This document shows, one piece after another, positions 32,156 to 53,340 of a stretch of 64,000 nt of DNA. A program made the position numbers and the translations under genes. Below the pieces are notes generated by a model. That model saw only the letters and a program-made list of their open reading frames with translations, did not search any database and was not told the DNA's origin. This stretch comes from the human T2T-CHM13v2.0 reference genome, Homo sapiens. Where the stretch lies: assembly GCF_009914755.1 (NCBI RefSeq), contig NC_060926.1. The stretch is one strand, 5' to 3'. The stretch's first letter is position 1. Every line of letters starts with the position of its first letter.

Positions 32156-32499
32156 CACCTACTGAATGCCTGAAAAGAGGATTCCTTTAGTAAGCTTTTT
32201 AGTGCTTTAAAACATAATTTAATAATATGCTATCAGGGATTTTTTTTTAAATAGTCTGGGTGGGGGGGTGCTGAAAAATGAGTAGGGATTTATTGGATGA
32301 AATAAGATTGACTTGGAATTAATCACTCGAGCCTGGCTGACAAGTTCACAGAGAATGGGTTTAGAAATTTTCCATATTTTTATGTTACCAAATAAGCCTC
32401 AAGATTTACACTAAAACTATTGGTAAAGTACACTGAGTTTTGTCATTGTAGTTTGTTTCTTCAGGATTCACATCTTAATATTCAATTCTGTAATTTTAG

Positions 32500-32655
<156 letters not shown>

Positions 32656-33015
32656 TGATCCAAGAGACTCATTTTGCAGGAGTAATGAGGATCCTCTAAT
32701 TTACTTGTTTGTACTACATGCATCTGAGGCCATGCCCCCTTCTTGCAGGATCACTAAAAGGTCCCTGATCCCACTTGGATCTGTCCTGAAGGGATCTGAG
32801 AAGTTGTTCCAATTGCTCCTTCTCTTCGTCCTGGTACCGAATAGAAATTCTTTCCTACTCACACTTGCCTCTTTCTCATATGTTCCCACATTGCAGTAAA
32901 ACCACTAGAAACAAAATAAGCTTTTAAGGGTTATGACCAATCAGTAACTGATAGTCACTACGAAATTAGCTTAAGGGGCATTTAATTTCAATGAGAGAGA
33001 CGGAGGTATAATAAT

Positions 33016-33285
<270 letters not shown>

Positions 33286-33808
33286 ATAAAACTTTGACAT
33301 TTGAATTGTGATTTACAATGTGTAAAGAAAGTGCACATAAATTCCCATTTAAGCATCCAAAGAGGTAGATGGGATTACCTCTCTTTCACAGGCCAGAGAG
33401 AGGTGTCAAAGTCTAGTGCGCTTTCTACTCTACCAGTTTTGTCCCAGACTTTCCTGATGGTGAAGGCTAGACACAGAGTGGGTGACCAGGGAATGCTTGG
33501 AAATCCTGAAAAAGAAACAAGAGTTTCATGAGTTAGGAATAGCTTAATCTGATTCATGAGTTAGATGTGGTTAAATCTGAAGGCACAGTTATGGTTTAGA
33601 AGTTTATATGAGTTCTTCTGCTCTGTGTTCCCACCTTCTCTTACTGCACTTTATTCTGTGCTTCAGTTATCTTATACTGGGACTTTGCAACCCGAATGTG
33701 GCTGAGAGCTTAGTAGAGAGAACAAATTTTTTTTTCCCCCTTACTCGAATGATAGTAAATGAAACATTTCTTTATAATTTATTTTCCTTTTTTGTATCAC
33801 TTCACTAG

Positions 33809-33997
33809 AGATTGGATATGTATTTTCAGCATGTGGATACTTTTAAGGAAAGAAGAAAAGAGATGTTACATAAAAAATGGGTTGAAAATGTTGCAGAGCC
33901 TCTTCAGCAGAGAATTATGGAAAAAGTAATTTCATATAAAGAGCTTAAAATGAAACAAGAGAATGTTGAATATTATTTACAGCACAGACATAAAATG
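33809..33997 (+). CDS. FAM228A: Intact cassette exon of FAM228A, 63 codons (RLDMYFQHVDTFKERRKEMLHKKWVENVAEPLQQRIMEK...HRHKM)
   Basis: cactag|AGA..ATG|gtactg; 189 nt, phase 0-0, no stops; resembles recalled FAM228B segment ..[25 protein letters not shown]. Confidence 0.75.
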
Positions 33998-34871
33998 GTA
34001 CTGATGTTTTATTTTTCAAATAGAGTATAATTTGAAGAGTTGGTCTAACAATTTCACTGGTTATACAAATAGTTTCCAGCTTATTTTTATATTTAAGATG
34101 AGTTCATTGAATTGTAACACACGTATTGCATTCTTAAGCCTGAGGTTGGAGGGGATAGGAGTGTTGATTTGGAACTAGATTTATCAGGAATGATTTTTAT
34201 GTAGACGTTAATGGAGTTACTGTGGCTTAAACCATAAGGGCATTTACTTCACAAGAAATTAAGAGGTAGGTGGTCTCGTGGTGGGTTCTGACAGCATAAC
34301 AATGTCAGGTTTTTTCCTATTCTGTTCTGCTATCCTTAGTATTTTCAGTTTATCCCCATCATTCTCACATTTGCCTGATGGTTGCTTATAGCTCCAGACA
34401 TTAGGTCTTCATTCAGGGCAGGAGGAAGGGGTAAGGAATGGTGCCAGGGGCCTCTTCTCTTACCCTACTCCTTTGCAGGAAGCAAAAAGAGTCCCCAGAG
34501 GCCCCTAGCCAACTTTCCCTTAGGTCTCATTGGCCAGGACTGGGTCATGAAGCAAGTCCTAGCCATAAGCAGGGCCTGGAAAGCCACTGTGGCTTTCTCA
34601 TCTCTCTAGTAGGAAGTGGGCAAAGGAGAATGGTATTGCATGGCTGACTTAGCCAACCAGTAGGTATTAGGACTAACAGTTTCTATACTCTGTTCTACAG
34701 TTTGGCTTTACAAAAATTTGGTTTCTTAATTTAGAGATTTTTTTTTATTTTGAGGTCAGCTCTCAGAATTTGGGTCTCTCTATTTGCAGTATCAAATACA
34801 AATCTGTTAGCTTTAGGTGTGCACTACTGGATCTTTCTTACCCCCACATATCTAGTAGATATCTAGAGTAG

Positions 34872-35184
<313 letters not shown>

Positions 35185-36030
35185 TTACTGAGCACAATTT
35201 CTGAATATTTACCTTAAATACTTTTTCCTACACACTCTTAAGGGGCAGAGCTCAAGATTGAATCCAGATCTCCAAAGTGCAAAGTCTTATATTTGTGTCC
35301 AGAAATGTGATTTCATGGGTATAGGGAGGAAGATCTTAGAAATGGCATGTGTTGAAGTCCAAGTAATTTTAAATGTCAGTAAAGTCGTTGTGAATCAACC
35401 ATATGAGCTGGATTCCAAGAAAACATACATCTCTCAGGCAAGAGAGGCTGTGCTTAGAGTGGGAAGCATCAGAGTCTTGGTCTATCCTGTCCTTAACCTG
35501 TCATTCCTGATGTCACACTGTTGAAGGGACCCTCATCAGTTGCAAAACCTTTAGAAAAGAGTTGAGTCTTGACACCACTTTATAGGAAGAAAACTGGAAA
35601 GAGGTGGGGTATTTGGCCCAAGGAAATGACACGAGGGGGAATGAACCTTTTAAGTATTTTAAAGGCCGACATTAGCCGATGAATTAGATGTGTAGAACTA
35701 GTGTCTGTACCTGCAAGTTACAAGGCAGATTTAAACTCAACCTAAGGACGGACTTTCTTGAGGTTAAAATTACCAAAAAAAGTACCTGCCTCATGGAGCA
35801 GAAAGTTCTGAAAGGCCCATGGATGACTTTAGACTAAAGCTAGATGATTACTTCTCCCAGAAGGTGGTGGAGTCTCATTGCAGTCCAAACTACTTCAGCA
35901 GTTTCTTCCAACCCTTTGAAGCTATGCTTTTATATAAAAATGAAATGCAGTATTTGGCTTTTATAATATGAATCTTGCAAAACAGTTTGTATCTAGTGAT
36001 TTTTCCCTTAAGTATATTTTATATCTGAAG

Positions 36031-36430
<400 letters not shown>

Positions 36431-37699
36431 GTAGAGCAGGTTTCTTTGGTTTTTTATTCTTAGGAGCTCTGGAGTGGGGGAAAACCTAGTCATTTTAGAA
36501 GTCTTGTAGTTATTGTCTATTTATTAAAAAAAAATCTACAAAAGCATTTCCTTTGAGTTTTAGAATAGGAACTCAAAGTAATTTAGACTCCTGTGGAATT
36601 TACACTGTGCACAAGGCATGGATACGTGTGATCATTTGTTCATTCATTTACTCACATTCAGCAAACTTGAAGCACAAGAAGGAGAGAGAGAGGTGTGGAC
36701 AGCTTGTGCAGTGGAGCGTGGCGAGTGTCACAGAAGTCAGCACAGGGATTATGGGACGTGGGAGGGAACACTCCTTTCTACTGGAGATACAGGAAGGATG
36801 TCAGCACAGGCTGCCCGGGAGAGCTAATACTTGAGGTTATAATGAGTCTTCAGATTTTTAAACTGCCAATACAGGAGTTAAAATGGAGAAATGTAGGTTT
36901 CAGTTTTTCGCTCCCATGCAGCAGAAGTAGCCACCTGATATGACTGTTAATTTTTTAAAAAATATGTATGGCTCTGAAGATGGAAGTGGTTTCTTTTGCT
37001 TCTCCCAGAAAACCAAGCCAGGTCAGTCATATGAAGATGAACAGATTCTTCTGGTTCTGGGTAGAATGTCAGCATCTGGGGTGCTGGAGGCAGTACATAT
37101 TATGTTGCCTAGTTTATTCAGTAATTGTTTACCTAGCACTTCAGTCCAGCACTGGGATGAGTGCTGTGGGGGAAATGGAGGGGAAAAATAGTCCCTCTGT
37201 CTAAGGCTTATCAGGAGCGGGAAGAAAAAATACTTCTGTATGTCCCTACCCTTTGACACAAACTCATAGCTCTGGTCACCTGACCCTCTGTTCTCACAGG
37301 CCCTTACGGACCAGTTGTCAGCTTCCCTAGGAGGCATGCGTCCTCCCAGGCTAAGTTAGCACTGCCCCTGCTCCTACAGGATCCTGAGAGGGCCCCTCTC
37401 AGGACTGGATTGTCACTGGATGACTAGGCTGTCTAGACCAGGAGATCCTTGAAGACAGGATCTAGCCTGGATGTGGCACACAATGGCAACACAAATATTT
37501 ACTGGCTGATGCAATGACACAGTAGAGCGCTTAACAGAAGTGCGTCTCTTCTATCTGGGCGGCCCTCCCTCCCTCAGTTCAGCCATTTAAGGCTCTGTAC
37601 GACATCCTCATCTGAGGTGTAGATTGGCACATTCTGGGGCCTTTCTTCTCAGCTGCTTTGGTATACAGTAAGGGCATACTTGAATGTTTAGGTCAGATT

Positions 37700-37920
37700 T
37701 TATTTATTTAAATTTCAACTTTTAGATTCGGGGGTACACATATAGGTTTGTTACACGGGTATATTGGGGTACGAGGTTGGGGTGCTGAGGTTGGGGTGCA
37801 ATTGAATCTGTCACCCTGGTAGTAAGCAGAGTCCCGAATAGGTCGTTTTTCAACCCTCGCCCCCTCCTGCCCTTCCCACTCTTGTAGTCCTCAGGGTCTA
37901 TTGTTCCCATCTTTATGTGG
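37700..37920 (-). mobile_element. L1PA/PB 3'-end fragment
   Basis: aacttttagattcgggggtacacat..ggtttgttaca L1 3' terminus pattern. Confidence 0.7.
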
Positions 37921-37985
37921 GACACATTTTAAAAGCTTAATACAGACTGCACTCTGGTACTCAAAGAGTCTCATTTCTCTTGTAG

Positions 37986-38081
<96 letters not shown>

Positions 38082-38161
38082 TGATCACTGGGCCTCATTT
38101 TTTTGAGACTGCTAATTGTCCAGTGATTTCTCACTCCTTCAAGAGCAACTGGAGTTCTTGA

Positions 38162-38353
<192 letters not shown>

Positions 38354-38746
38354 TGAGCAGAACAAACAAATATTTGTTTAACTTGCAACTTACTTTATTT
38401 CCTACTGAAGCTCTTGTAACTAGTCACACTTTTGTCTTTTAGTAGTTTATAGTTTTATTATTATTATCATCACCTTTGTATTATGAAATATATGTAGAGG
38501 ACAGAATAAAACATAAACAGCTTACCGAGTCCCTGAGTCAGTCCTGTGGAATCACCAGCCATTTCAAGAAAGGGAGCCTGCCCCCTCCCGAGACAGTCTT
38601 CTCCCTGCCCCAGAGCTCCCTTCACTTTATAAGTGTTCACCTCCTTGCTCTCCCTGTGGTGTTATCAACTAACTTTGTATCCTTAAACAATATAGTTTAT
38701 CTTGCGTATTTTTGAATTTCATATAAACAGAACCTGAAAGCATTTA

Positions 38747-39101
<355 letters not shown>

Positions 39102-39472
39102 TTACATACCATAAAATTCATCTGTTGAGGGTTTGTACATGTACAGTTCATTGTGTGACTGCTTTTGCTCACCATTATGTTTTTCAGATTCCTTTCTGTT
39201 GTTGCATATAGCTCCAGTGTATTAACTTCTGTTTTCTGATTATATTCCATTATATTTGACTATGCCATCATTTAAGCAATCCACTGTTGTGGACATTTGG
39301 GTTGTTTCCATATTTTGGCTATTATGAACAATCCAGTTTGGTATTTTGGTTTCCACAATCCACATTTGTTATTTATTTATTTATTTATTTTTGAGTCTGA
39401 GTCTCGCTCTGTCGTCCAGGCTGGAATGCAGTGGTGCAATCTCTTAATTTTGATATAGTCAAATATTTATAA

Positions 39473-39649
<177 letters not shown>

Positions 39650-40161
39650 TAGCTGGGACTACAGGTGTGCGCCACCACACCCAGCTGATTTTTGTATCTT
39701 TAGTAGAGATGGCGTTTCACCATGTTGGCCAGGATGGTCTTGATCTCTTGACCTCAGGTGATCCACCTGCCTTGGCCTCCCAAAGTGCTGGGATTACAGG
39801 TGTGAGCCACCGTGCCTGGCCTGCTTTTATAGTTTTGCTTTTCAAATTTAGGCTTATAATACAGTTAGAATTGCTTTTTGTATGTATTTTATGTGGGGCC
39901 CAATTGAATTTTTTCCCTTTAATGATACCCATTTTCCTCAGTACCATTTATTGAAAATATCATTTCCCTGCTGTTCTGCAGTATAGACTTTTATACAAAT
40001 TCAGTGCTGTTATGTATACTTAATTTCCAGGTTCTCTATCCTAGCCTATTTGTTTACTATAGCTTTTTAATGAGTTTTGATACCTGATAGAACAAATACA
40101 CCAATATATTTTATAATTAGCTCAAGTTTCATGTAGACATACACACATACAAACAAATAAA

Positions 40162-40203
40162 AAAGTAATGGCAAAAACCACAATTACTTTTACACCAACC
40201 TAA
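40162..40203. mobile_element. Half MADE1 (Hsmar1-derived MITE)
   Basis: aaagtaatggcaaaaaccacaattacttttacaccaacctaa = one arm of the MADE1 palindrome. Confidence 0.8.
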
Positions 40204-40341
40204 TACTTGGGATTTTGATTGGGATTGCATTGAATCTGTAGATCAATTTGGGGAGAATTGACATCTTTACAATTTTGAGTCCTCTAATCCATGAACATGG
40301 TATATATCTCTCCATTAGTGTGGGTCTTATTTTATGTAAAG

Positions 40342-40520
40342 GAGTGGTTCTTAATCAAATTGATTAAGAAGCTGGCAATGTTTGGAGACATTTCTGGTTG
40401 TCAGGGGCATGGGGTTCTACAGGCATCTACTGGACATAGGGCAGGGATGCAGCCAAATATCCTACAACAAAGAATTACTCAGCCCCAAATGTCAGTAAGT
40501 ACTATGGATAAGAAACTGTC
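40342..40520. mobile_element. MER20-like DNA transposon remnant
   Basis: gtggttcttaa..ggcaatgtttggagacattt..ggcatctac..gccccaaatgtca. Confidence 0.7.
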
Positions 40521-43500
40521 TAAAGGTCTTGTAGATCTTTGTTTAGATTTATTCTTACTTATTCCTATTTTATTATTATATATAATTTCATTTTCTAGGT
40601 AATTGTAATGTATAGAAATAAAAACGATTTCATATGTTGAATTTGTATTTGGCAACCTTGCTAAACTTTATTATGAATTCTGACATTTCATCTATAGAGT
40701 CTTTTGGATTTTCTATGTACACAATATTCTTTTTATTTTTTTGAGATGGAGTCTCGCTCTGTCACCCAGGCTGGAGTGCAGTGGCATAATCTTGGCTCAC
40801 TACAACCTCCGCCTCAACCTCCTGAGTAGCTGGGATTACAGGTGTGCACCACCACACCCGGCTAATTTTTGTATTTTTAGTAGAGATGAGGTTTCACCAT
40901 GTTGGCCAGGCTGGTCTCGAACTCCTGACCTCAGGTGATCCACCTGCCTCGGCCTCCCAAAGTACTGGGATTACAGGTGTGAGCCACTCTGCCCAGCCCA
41001 CAATATTATCTTCTAATAAAGAGAATTTTATTTCTTGTTTTCCATTCCTTATACCTTTTATTTCTTTTCCTTACCTTACAGTACCAGTTAAGATCTCTGG
41101 CACAAAGTTGAAGTGGTGAAAATTGGCTTCATTGTATTCTTCTTAAACTCAAAGGGAAAGCTTTTGGTGTTTTTTGTGTTTTACATTATTTTTAGATTTC
41201 CATTAGTAAGTTAAGGAAGTTCATTTTCTTAGTTTGCTATCAGTTTTTTTTAGATAATAGATTTTGACATATATTAATTTTTATGCATTTATTGATATTT
41301 AATTTTTTCTCCTTTGTTAATGTGGACATTTTTATTTTATTTTATTTTATTTTTTGAGACATAGTCTTGCTCTGTTACCCAGGCTGGAGTGCAATGGCAT
41401 GATCTTGGCTCACTGCACCCTCTGCCTCTCAAGTTCAAGTGATTCTCCTGCCTCAGCCTCCTGAGTAGCTGGGATTATAGGCGCCCGCCACCACACCTGG
41501 CTAATTTTTATATTTTTAGTAGAGAAGGGGTTTCACGTTGGTCAGGCTGGTCTCAAACTCCTGACCTCAAGTGATCCGCTCACCTTGGCTTCCCAGAGTA
41601 CTGGGGGATTTACAGACGTGAGCCTCTGTGCCCCGCCTGTGGAAAATTACACTGACTCATTTTTAAAATATTTTATTACAAACATTTTCAAATGCACTGA
41701 ATGTAGAGAGTGCAACACATTCCTATGTACCTATCACCCAGGTTCAGCAGCCATCAACATTTTGCCTTTCTCTCTCTCTCTCACTTTACCCCACTTTCCC
41801 TTTTGTGCTCACAGTTTTGTGGGAAAATTCTAGGTCTCATGTCATGTCATTTATACTCTACCATGTACCTCACAACAAATAAACAACAGAAATATTGTTT
41901 ACAGTTTTCATAAATGTGCATCTGCTCATGAAAAATCTGTTTGCTTTAAGACATCTTTATTTCCCTCCTTTTTTCAACTTAACTTTATTTTTCGTAACAA
42001 ATTTTATGTTCACAGCAGACGTGAGTGGAAAGTACCTAGAGAGTTCTCGTACACCTCCTGTCCCCCAACAAACACAACCTCCTCCCCTGTTGACATCCTG
42101 CACCACAGTGGTACAAACTACATTGACATTATCACCCAAAGTTCATAGTTTACATTAGGGTTCACTCTTGATGTTGTACATTCTATGCGTTTTGACAAAT
42201 GTACAATGACATGTATCCATCATTCTGTTCCAGTGTCACACAGAATAGTTTCACTGTCCTAAAAATTGTCTCTGCCCATTCATCTCTCTTCCCCACTAAC
42301 CCCTAGCAACCAGTGATTTTTTTTTTAGCTGTATCCATTGTTTTGCCTTTTACAGAATGTCATATGGTTGGAATCATACAACATTTAGCCTTTTCGGACT
42401 TCACCTTCATTCTTAAAGGATGTTTTCAGGATTAAGAATGTTAGGTTGGCAGTTATTTTCTTTCAACATATATCTTGTTGTCTTTTACTCTTTCAATTGA
42501 GAAGTCACTTGCTAGTCTTACTGTTGTTCCTTTGAAGGTAATCTGTCTTTTCCCCTGGATGCTTTTACGATTTTCTCATTGTCTTTGATTTTTTGTAGTT
42601 TTATGTGATATTTCTAGATGTGGATTTCTTTTTATTTATCCTACTTGGAATTCATGGGTCTTCTTGAATCTGTAGGTTGTCTTTAGTTAGTTCTAGGAAG
42701 TTTTCAGTTATTTTCTCTTTGTTCCCTCTGCCATATTCTCCTCTCTTTTGGGTACTCCAGTTAAACATATTTTAGATTTTCTCACTGATCCCCTGTCTCT
42801 TATCATTTTTGTATATTTTCTATCCTTTTTGTCTTTCCATGTTTGGTTCCAGATATTTTATTATCTCTTCTGTTGTGTCTGTTTGTTGTTAAACCCATCC
42901 TTTGAATTATTATTTTCAGTTATAGATCTAGAATTTCTATTTGATTTTTTTAATTTTTATTTTTAGAGCTGGCATACATGTGCAGATTGTGCAGGTTTGT
43001 TACACAGGTAAATGTTTGCCTAGGTGATCAACCCATCATCTAAGTATTAAGCCCAGCATGCATTAGCTATTTTTCCTAATGCTCTCCCTTCCCCCTCCCC
43101 ACCCCTCCTTGATTCTTTTTCAAATAGGTTTTGGGAAATGCTGTCTGTACTCGGGGCCTGGAGAGTTTCTGTCCTCCATTGAGAAACCAAGCACATTGCT
43201 TGACTTGCCTCTTAGCGGGAGGGTGATGTTGAGAACAAGGTTAAATACCCACCTGTCAGGACATCAACCAGACCCAAAGACAAAAATCCACCAAAGATGC
43301 TAGAAGCACAGAGAAATCAGTCTCTACCTTGGTACTTAATATTGGTGACCTGGTACTTGAAATGCTCCCACAGAGGAAGGTAAGAGTTGGAGATTGTCAA
43401 CTCATTCCTGAAGGCTCTCGCCTCTCTGGAATTCTTTTTAAAGCTGTCCAGTGATTTTAAAATTCTTAATTTTGGTAGTAAATTTTCTGCTTTTTCTTCT

Positions 43501-44587
43501 CTATTTATTTCAGCAGGACTTTTAGCCTGTGCAGACTTCTATATTCTACACAAACAGGAGGTCTGTTATACACTCTCAATATTTTGTTTTCATTCCCCAT
43601 CCTGAGTTTTGTTGGAATAAACAGTGCTACTTTGTTTATGCTTACCCTAGTGATTTGGAAGTTTTATGTATTATTTCTGGTTTTATGGTTCCTTTATCAT
43701 TTTAACAAACATTTTTATTTAAACACCAGTAATTACATAGCCCCCCGACCCCCACAACAAGACAAAGGCTTCATGTTGCTTTGTTGGCGTCATCTCCCCT
43801 CTGGCTCCTCCGCTGGTATTCTTCCTTCAGGCTGGTCTCCTCCAATCCATTTTTCGCCCAGCAGCCAGAGTGGTCTTTTTAAAGTGATCAGCACTCCTCC
43901 ACTGGAAACCCTTCAGTGCCATTCCCCTTATGACAAAGCCCAGGCCCTCAACATGGCACATGAGGCACCATCTGGGCCCTACCACCCTTTCCGGCCTCAT
44001 CACAGAAGTCCCATCAACTTAAATAAAAGGAAGATTGATTAACCATGAAAACCTCTGGGTCAAGTCAGCACATTCTTAACTCCCTGACCTGCCAGGCTGT
44101 TGCCTGCCTTTGCTCCCTCTGTCTGTCACTGGCCATTCCAGTGCAGGCAAGAGGGCAGTTATCACAGGGACACAGAACTCTCCAGCCCCTTACTGGCCCT
44201 TTCCTCCATCAGCAAGCCCCTTGAGGGCAGGGACTGCGTCTTACTATCTTGGTGGTCCCAGCACTTAGCTGGAGCATAGTAGATCATGAATAAGTGGTTG
44301 TTGAATGAATTAATGGAGGAAGAAAAGAGAAGGCTTATTTCCCTCAATAGGGCTAGGCTTCCTGGGGCAGAAATGGTGGCAGCCCTGGTGAAATTCCTCC
44401 GGGAGGACACACCCAGAGGATGCCTCGTGTGGCTATTTGATGAAGTAAGAAAAGGACTTGAGAGCACGTGGCGAGGTGAGGCAGAGACAGTTTGATGACA
44501 AAAGCCAGAATCCTTCTCAAAGGAAAGGCGGGAGGGGGCTCGATATGTTAGAGAGCATTGGTATGTCATGGAAGCCAAGCCAGGAAG

Positions 44588-44657
44588 GGAGCCAGGCTGC
44601 TCGGGGGACGGACTGGGAGGCTGGAGCCAGGCGCTCGGGGGACTGACTGGGAGGCTG
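44588..44657. repeat. ~35-bp tandem duplication
   Basis: ggagccaggc(t)gctcgggggac.gactgggaggct twice. Confidence 0.85.
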
Positions 44658-45073
44658 GTCCCTGCCTCTCTGGGGCTATGTGGCACTCACCATTACTTCT
44701 CTTCGTGAACCTGCTCTGTTTCTCTTTCTTTGCACATGGGCTTTCTGTGCTTTCCTGTGAGTGCTGGCAAGTGGAGGCGCCGTTCTGCCTGACTTTCTGG
44801 TTTGAGCACTCAGAGGCTGCCTGGAAGCCCCTTTGTCCCAACTACAGCCATAGGGATTGAAGCTCTGGACCTGGTGCCTCAGCCATGGCTGGGGAAGGGT
44901 CCCCAAGTCACCACCTCCCTAGGAATTGGGCCAGCAGAGGTACGGACAGGGCAGGCAGATTGAGGGACAGCCACCAGTGATGGCTGGTCAGTCGTTCCTT
45001 CTCAAAAGTGACGATTGAGTTCATTGCATTAATCTTCGGAAACTATTTGATGGTACAATTCCATCTGTGCTGA

Positions 45074-45325
<252 letters not shown>

Positions 45326-46105
45326 GCCACCGCCACAGCCCTCCCTGTCAGACAGGCACCCAAGGGCGGAGGAGGCATGGCCCAAGAAGAAGGGTGTGAA
45401 GAGGAGGAGGGAGAAATGGCGGTGGCCTCAGGCTCAGCACTGCAGCTCTGACAGGGCCCCTCGGGCGGGGAAGCCTTGCATGAAGAAACTCAGACAAGTG
45501 GTAAATGTGGGACCTGGACCCCACTTTCCGGAGACATCCTGTCCTTCCGAGGTGAGGGCCAACCTGGCCACAGGGGCTTTTCCCCCTGAGATTTCTTCAG
45601 CGCCTTCGCCCGGGCCTTTGCCCTTCTGCCACTTTCCTACCATTTTCCACTTACTCCATCCAAACTGCACCAAAGATGGTGTTCTCCTTAGTCCACACAC
45701 AACTGGTGGGAAGTTTTTGAAATGAAATTTATACCAAAAAATTAGGGCAAGATGAGATTTTTTGATATTTAAAAGGTATTTTTATATGTAGGAATTTTCT
45801 GAGTATGGATTTCTTATCCAGAGCTCATGGTTCATTTGACACAGTTTTCAGCTCCTGGTCTATTTCCCCTTCCATTCTCTCCGCCACGCCCTGTGCCCTG
45901 AGGCCTGAGGCGCAGGACCCTCCCAGGGAAGGCCTAGGGGGCTTGGTGGGCCACCGCTCAGCTCAGGACCTGACAGCGTCACTCCCACCCTCACCACCAC
46001 ACACACAGGATGGGGGACTGCTGCTGCTTTCCAGCCTGTGAGCCTGGATAGGTATTTTGTGACCCAGCTCCTGCTCAGTCCCATCGCTGTCCCCGGTCTC
46101 TCCAG

Positions 46106-46129
46106 GGAGTAAGGGATTCTCCGTCTGTG
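46106..46129 (+). CDS. FAM228A: Candidate 24-nt FAM228A micro-exon (GVRDSPSV)
   Basis: gtctctccag|GGA..GTG|gtaagt; phase 0-0. Confidence 0.5.
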
Positions 46130-46426
46130 GTAAGTTACCTGTGACTCTTCAGCAGTTTCCTCTGAGCATAATTATATCTGAGAGCACAGGGAGCTCCTCA
46201 TTCCATGTATTTTTCAAATATTCAGGATGTACAACGTGATGATTTGCTATAGGTATTCATTGTGAAATGTTTGCCACAGTCAAGCTTGTTGACATACCCA
46301 CCAGCTCACATTTACTGTTTTCGTGTGTGTGGTGAGAATACTCACAATCTACTCTCTGAGCAAACTGCAAATATATGTTATTAGTAACTGTAGTATCTGT
46401 GTTGTCCATTAGGCCTCTAGAACCTA

Positions 46427-47023
46427 CTGTTACTCATGGAGGGTCTTCACTATGAGTTGTTCAGGTCCTTGGCATTTTGAACAAAGAATTGACCAAAACA
46501 CACAGAGTAGCAGAGGAATGAAACGCGGGAGCGAAGCAGCGAAAGCAGAGATTTATTCAAGACAGAAAGCTCTGCAGGGTGGGAGCAGACCCAGCAAGGG
46601 CTCAAGGGTGTTAAGTTCCCTGTTTGAGGTTCTTATCTGCTACCCCTTATCTGGATGAAGGATTTGGTCCCTGGCTAATTAAAGGCTGAGGTGAATTGGC
46701 GCTCTACGCAGATGAAGGGATGGTCCCTGTGTTGGCTGCAGCTAATCCAGGGCACTCTCCCTTTCCATCTAAGACGTTATAGGGAGAGTAGCCTTTGATC
46801 TTTTGCTGCTTGGCTTGGGGAGATGGGGTTTTCCGTTTGGTTCCGCTTTCAGAAGTGTGTGTTAATTGGCCTCAGGTTCCCTGCCCCCAGACCCAGGTGT
46901 TTTCCTTTTGACCCAGCTTTGGGAAGGCAGCTCGAATTGGCCTTGGATTTCCTGCGCCCAGACCTTGCTGTTTTCTCAGACCTTGCTGTTGTCCCTGTCT
47001 CCAGACCCTGTTCTCCTGCCTCA
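46427..47023 (-). mobile_element. ERV1 solo LTR, MER51-like
   Basis: tgttact..agggtctt start; ends ccagaccctgttctcctgcctca (RC of TGAGGCAGGAGAA.AGGGTCTGG); ctac/gtac 4-bp TSD-like flanks. Confidence 0.75.
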
Positions 47024-47145
47024 GTACTTACCACAGAAAGTTTGTACCCTTTGACCAACACCTGTCACCTCACTGCCCCCACGCCCTGACTCTGGTATCC
47101 ACCCTTCTACTCTGGATGGGTTTGACATCTTTAGATACCACATAT

Positions 47146-47692
47146 TGTTACAGGAAAGGGGTCCTGATCCAGACCTCAAGAGAGGTTTGTTGGATCTCAA
47201 GCAAGAAAGAATTCACGGCCAGTCCACAGTGCAAAGTGAAAGCAAGTTTATTGAGAAAGTAAAGGAATAAAAGAACGACGACTCCCTAGAGCAGCCCTGA
47301 GGGCTGCTGGTTGCCCATTTTGTGGTTATTTCTTGATGATATGCTAAATAAGGGGTGGATTATTCTTGCCTCCCCTTTTAGACCATATAGGATAACTTTC
47401 TGACCTTGCCATGGCATCTATAAACTGTCATGGCGCTGGTGGGAGTGTAGCAGTGAGGGTGACGAGAGGTCATTGTCGTCGCCATCTTGGTTTTGGTGGG
47501 TTTTGGCTGGCTCTTTTTTATTAGCCTGTTTTATCAGCAAGGTCTTTATGACCTGTATTTTGTGCTGACCTCCTATCTCATCCTGTGAGTTAGAATGCCT
47601 CACCGTCTGGGAATGCAACCCAGTAGGCTTTAGCCTTATTTTACCCAGCTCCTATTTAAGATGGAGTTGCCCTGGTTCACACACCTCTGACA
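47146..47692 (-). mobile_element. ERV1 solo LTR, MER41 (A-like length)
   Basis: tgttacaggaaaggggtcc..gatccagac start; ends cacacctctgaca; TSD atat. Confidence 0.85.
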
Positions 47693-48107
47693 ATATGAGA
47701 TCAGGCAGTATTTGTCTTTCTGTGCCTGGCTTCTTTCACTTACCATAACATCCTCCACATTCACCTATGTTGTTGCAAATGACAGGACTTCCTTCTCTTC
47801 TCAGGCGGGTTATTGGTCCATGGTATGTGTACCATATGCATTTTCTTTACCAGTTCATGTCAGCAGACACTTAGGTTGTTCCCATTTCTTGGCTATTGTG
47901 AATAATGCTGCAGTGAACACGGGAGTGTAGATATCCCTTCAAGATGGTGATTTTATTTCCTTTGAATATATGTATATACACCTGGAAGTGGGATTGCTGA
48001 ATTGTATGGTCATTCTATTTTTAGTTTTTTTTGGAAACCTCCATGCTGTTTTCCATAATGGCTGTAGTGATCTACATTCCACCAACAGTGTACAAGGGTA
48101 CTGTTAT

Positions 48108-53333
<5,226 letters not shown>

Positions 53334-53340
53334 AGCATCG

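Noticed and set aside
43128-43379. Exon-like segment (caaatag|..gaag|gtaaga, 252 nt) in a FAM228A intron
   Set aside because: Stop codon early in the FAM228A frame and no similarity to FAM228B; origin not identifiable by eye
47146-47692. MER41 as an interferon-inducible STAT1 enhancer
   Set aside because: Only a degenerate gtctgggaa is visible; no intact tandem TTCnnnGAA sites
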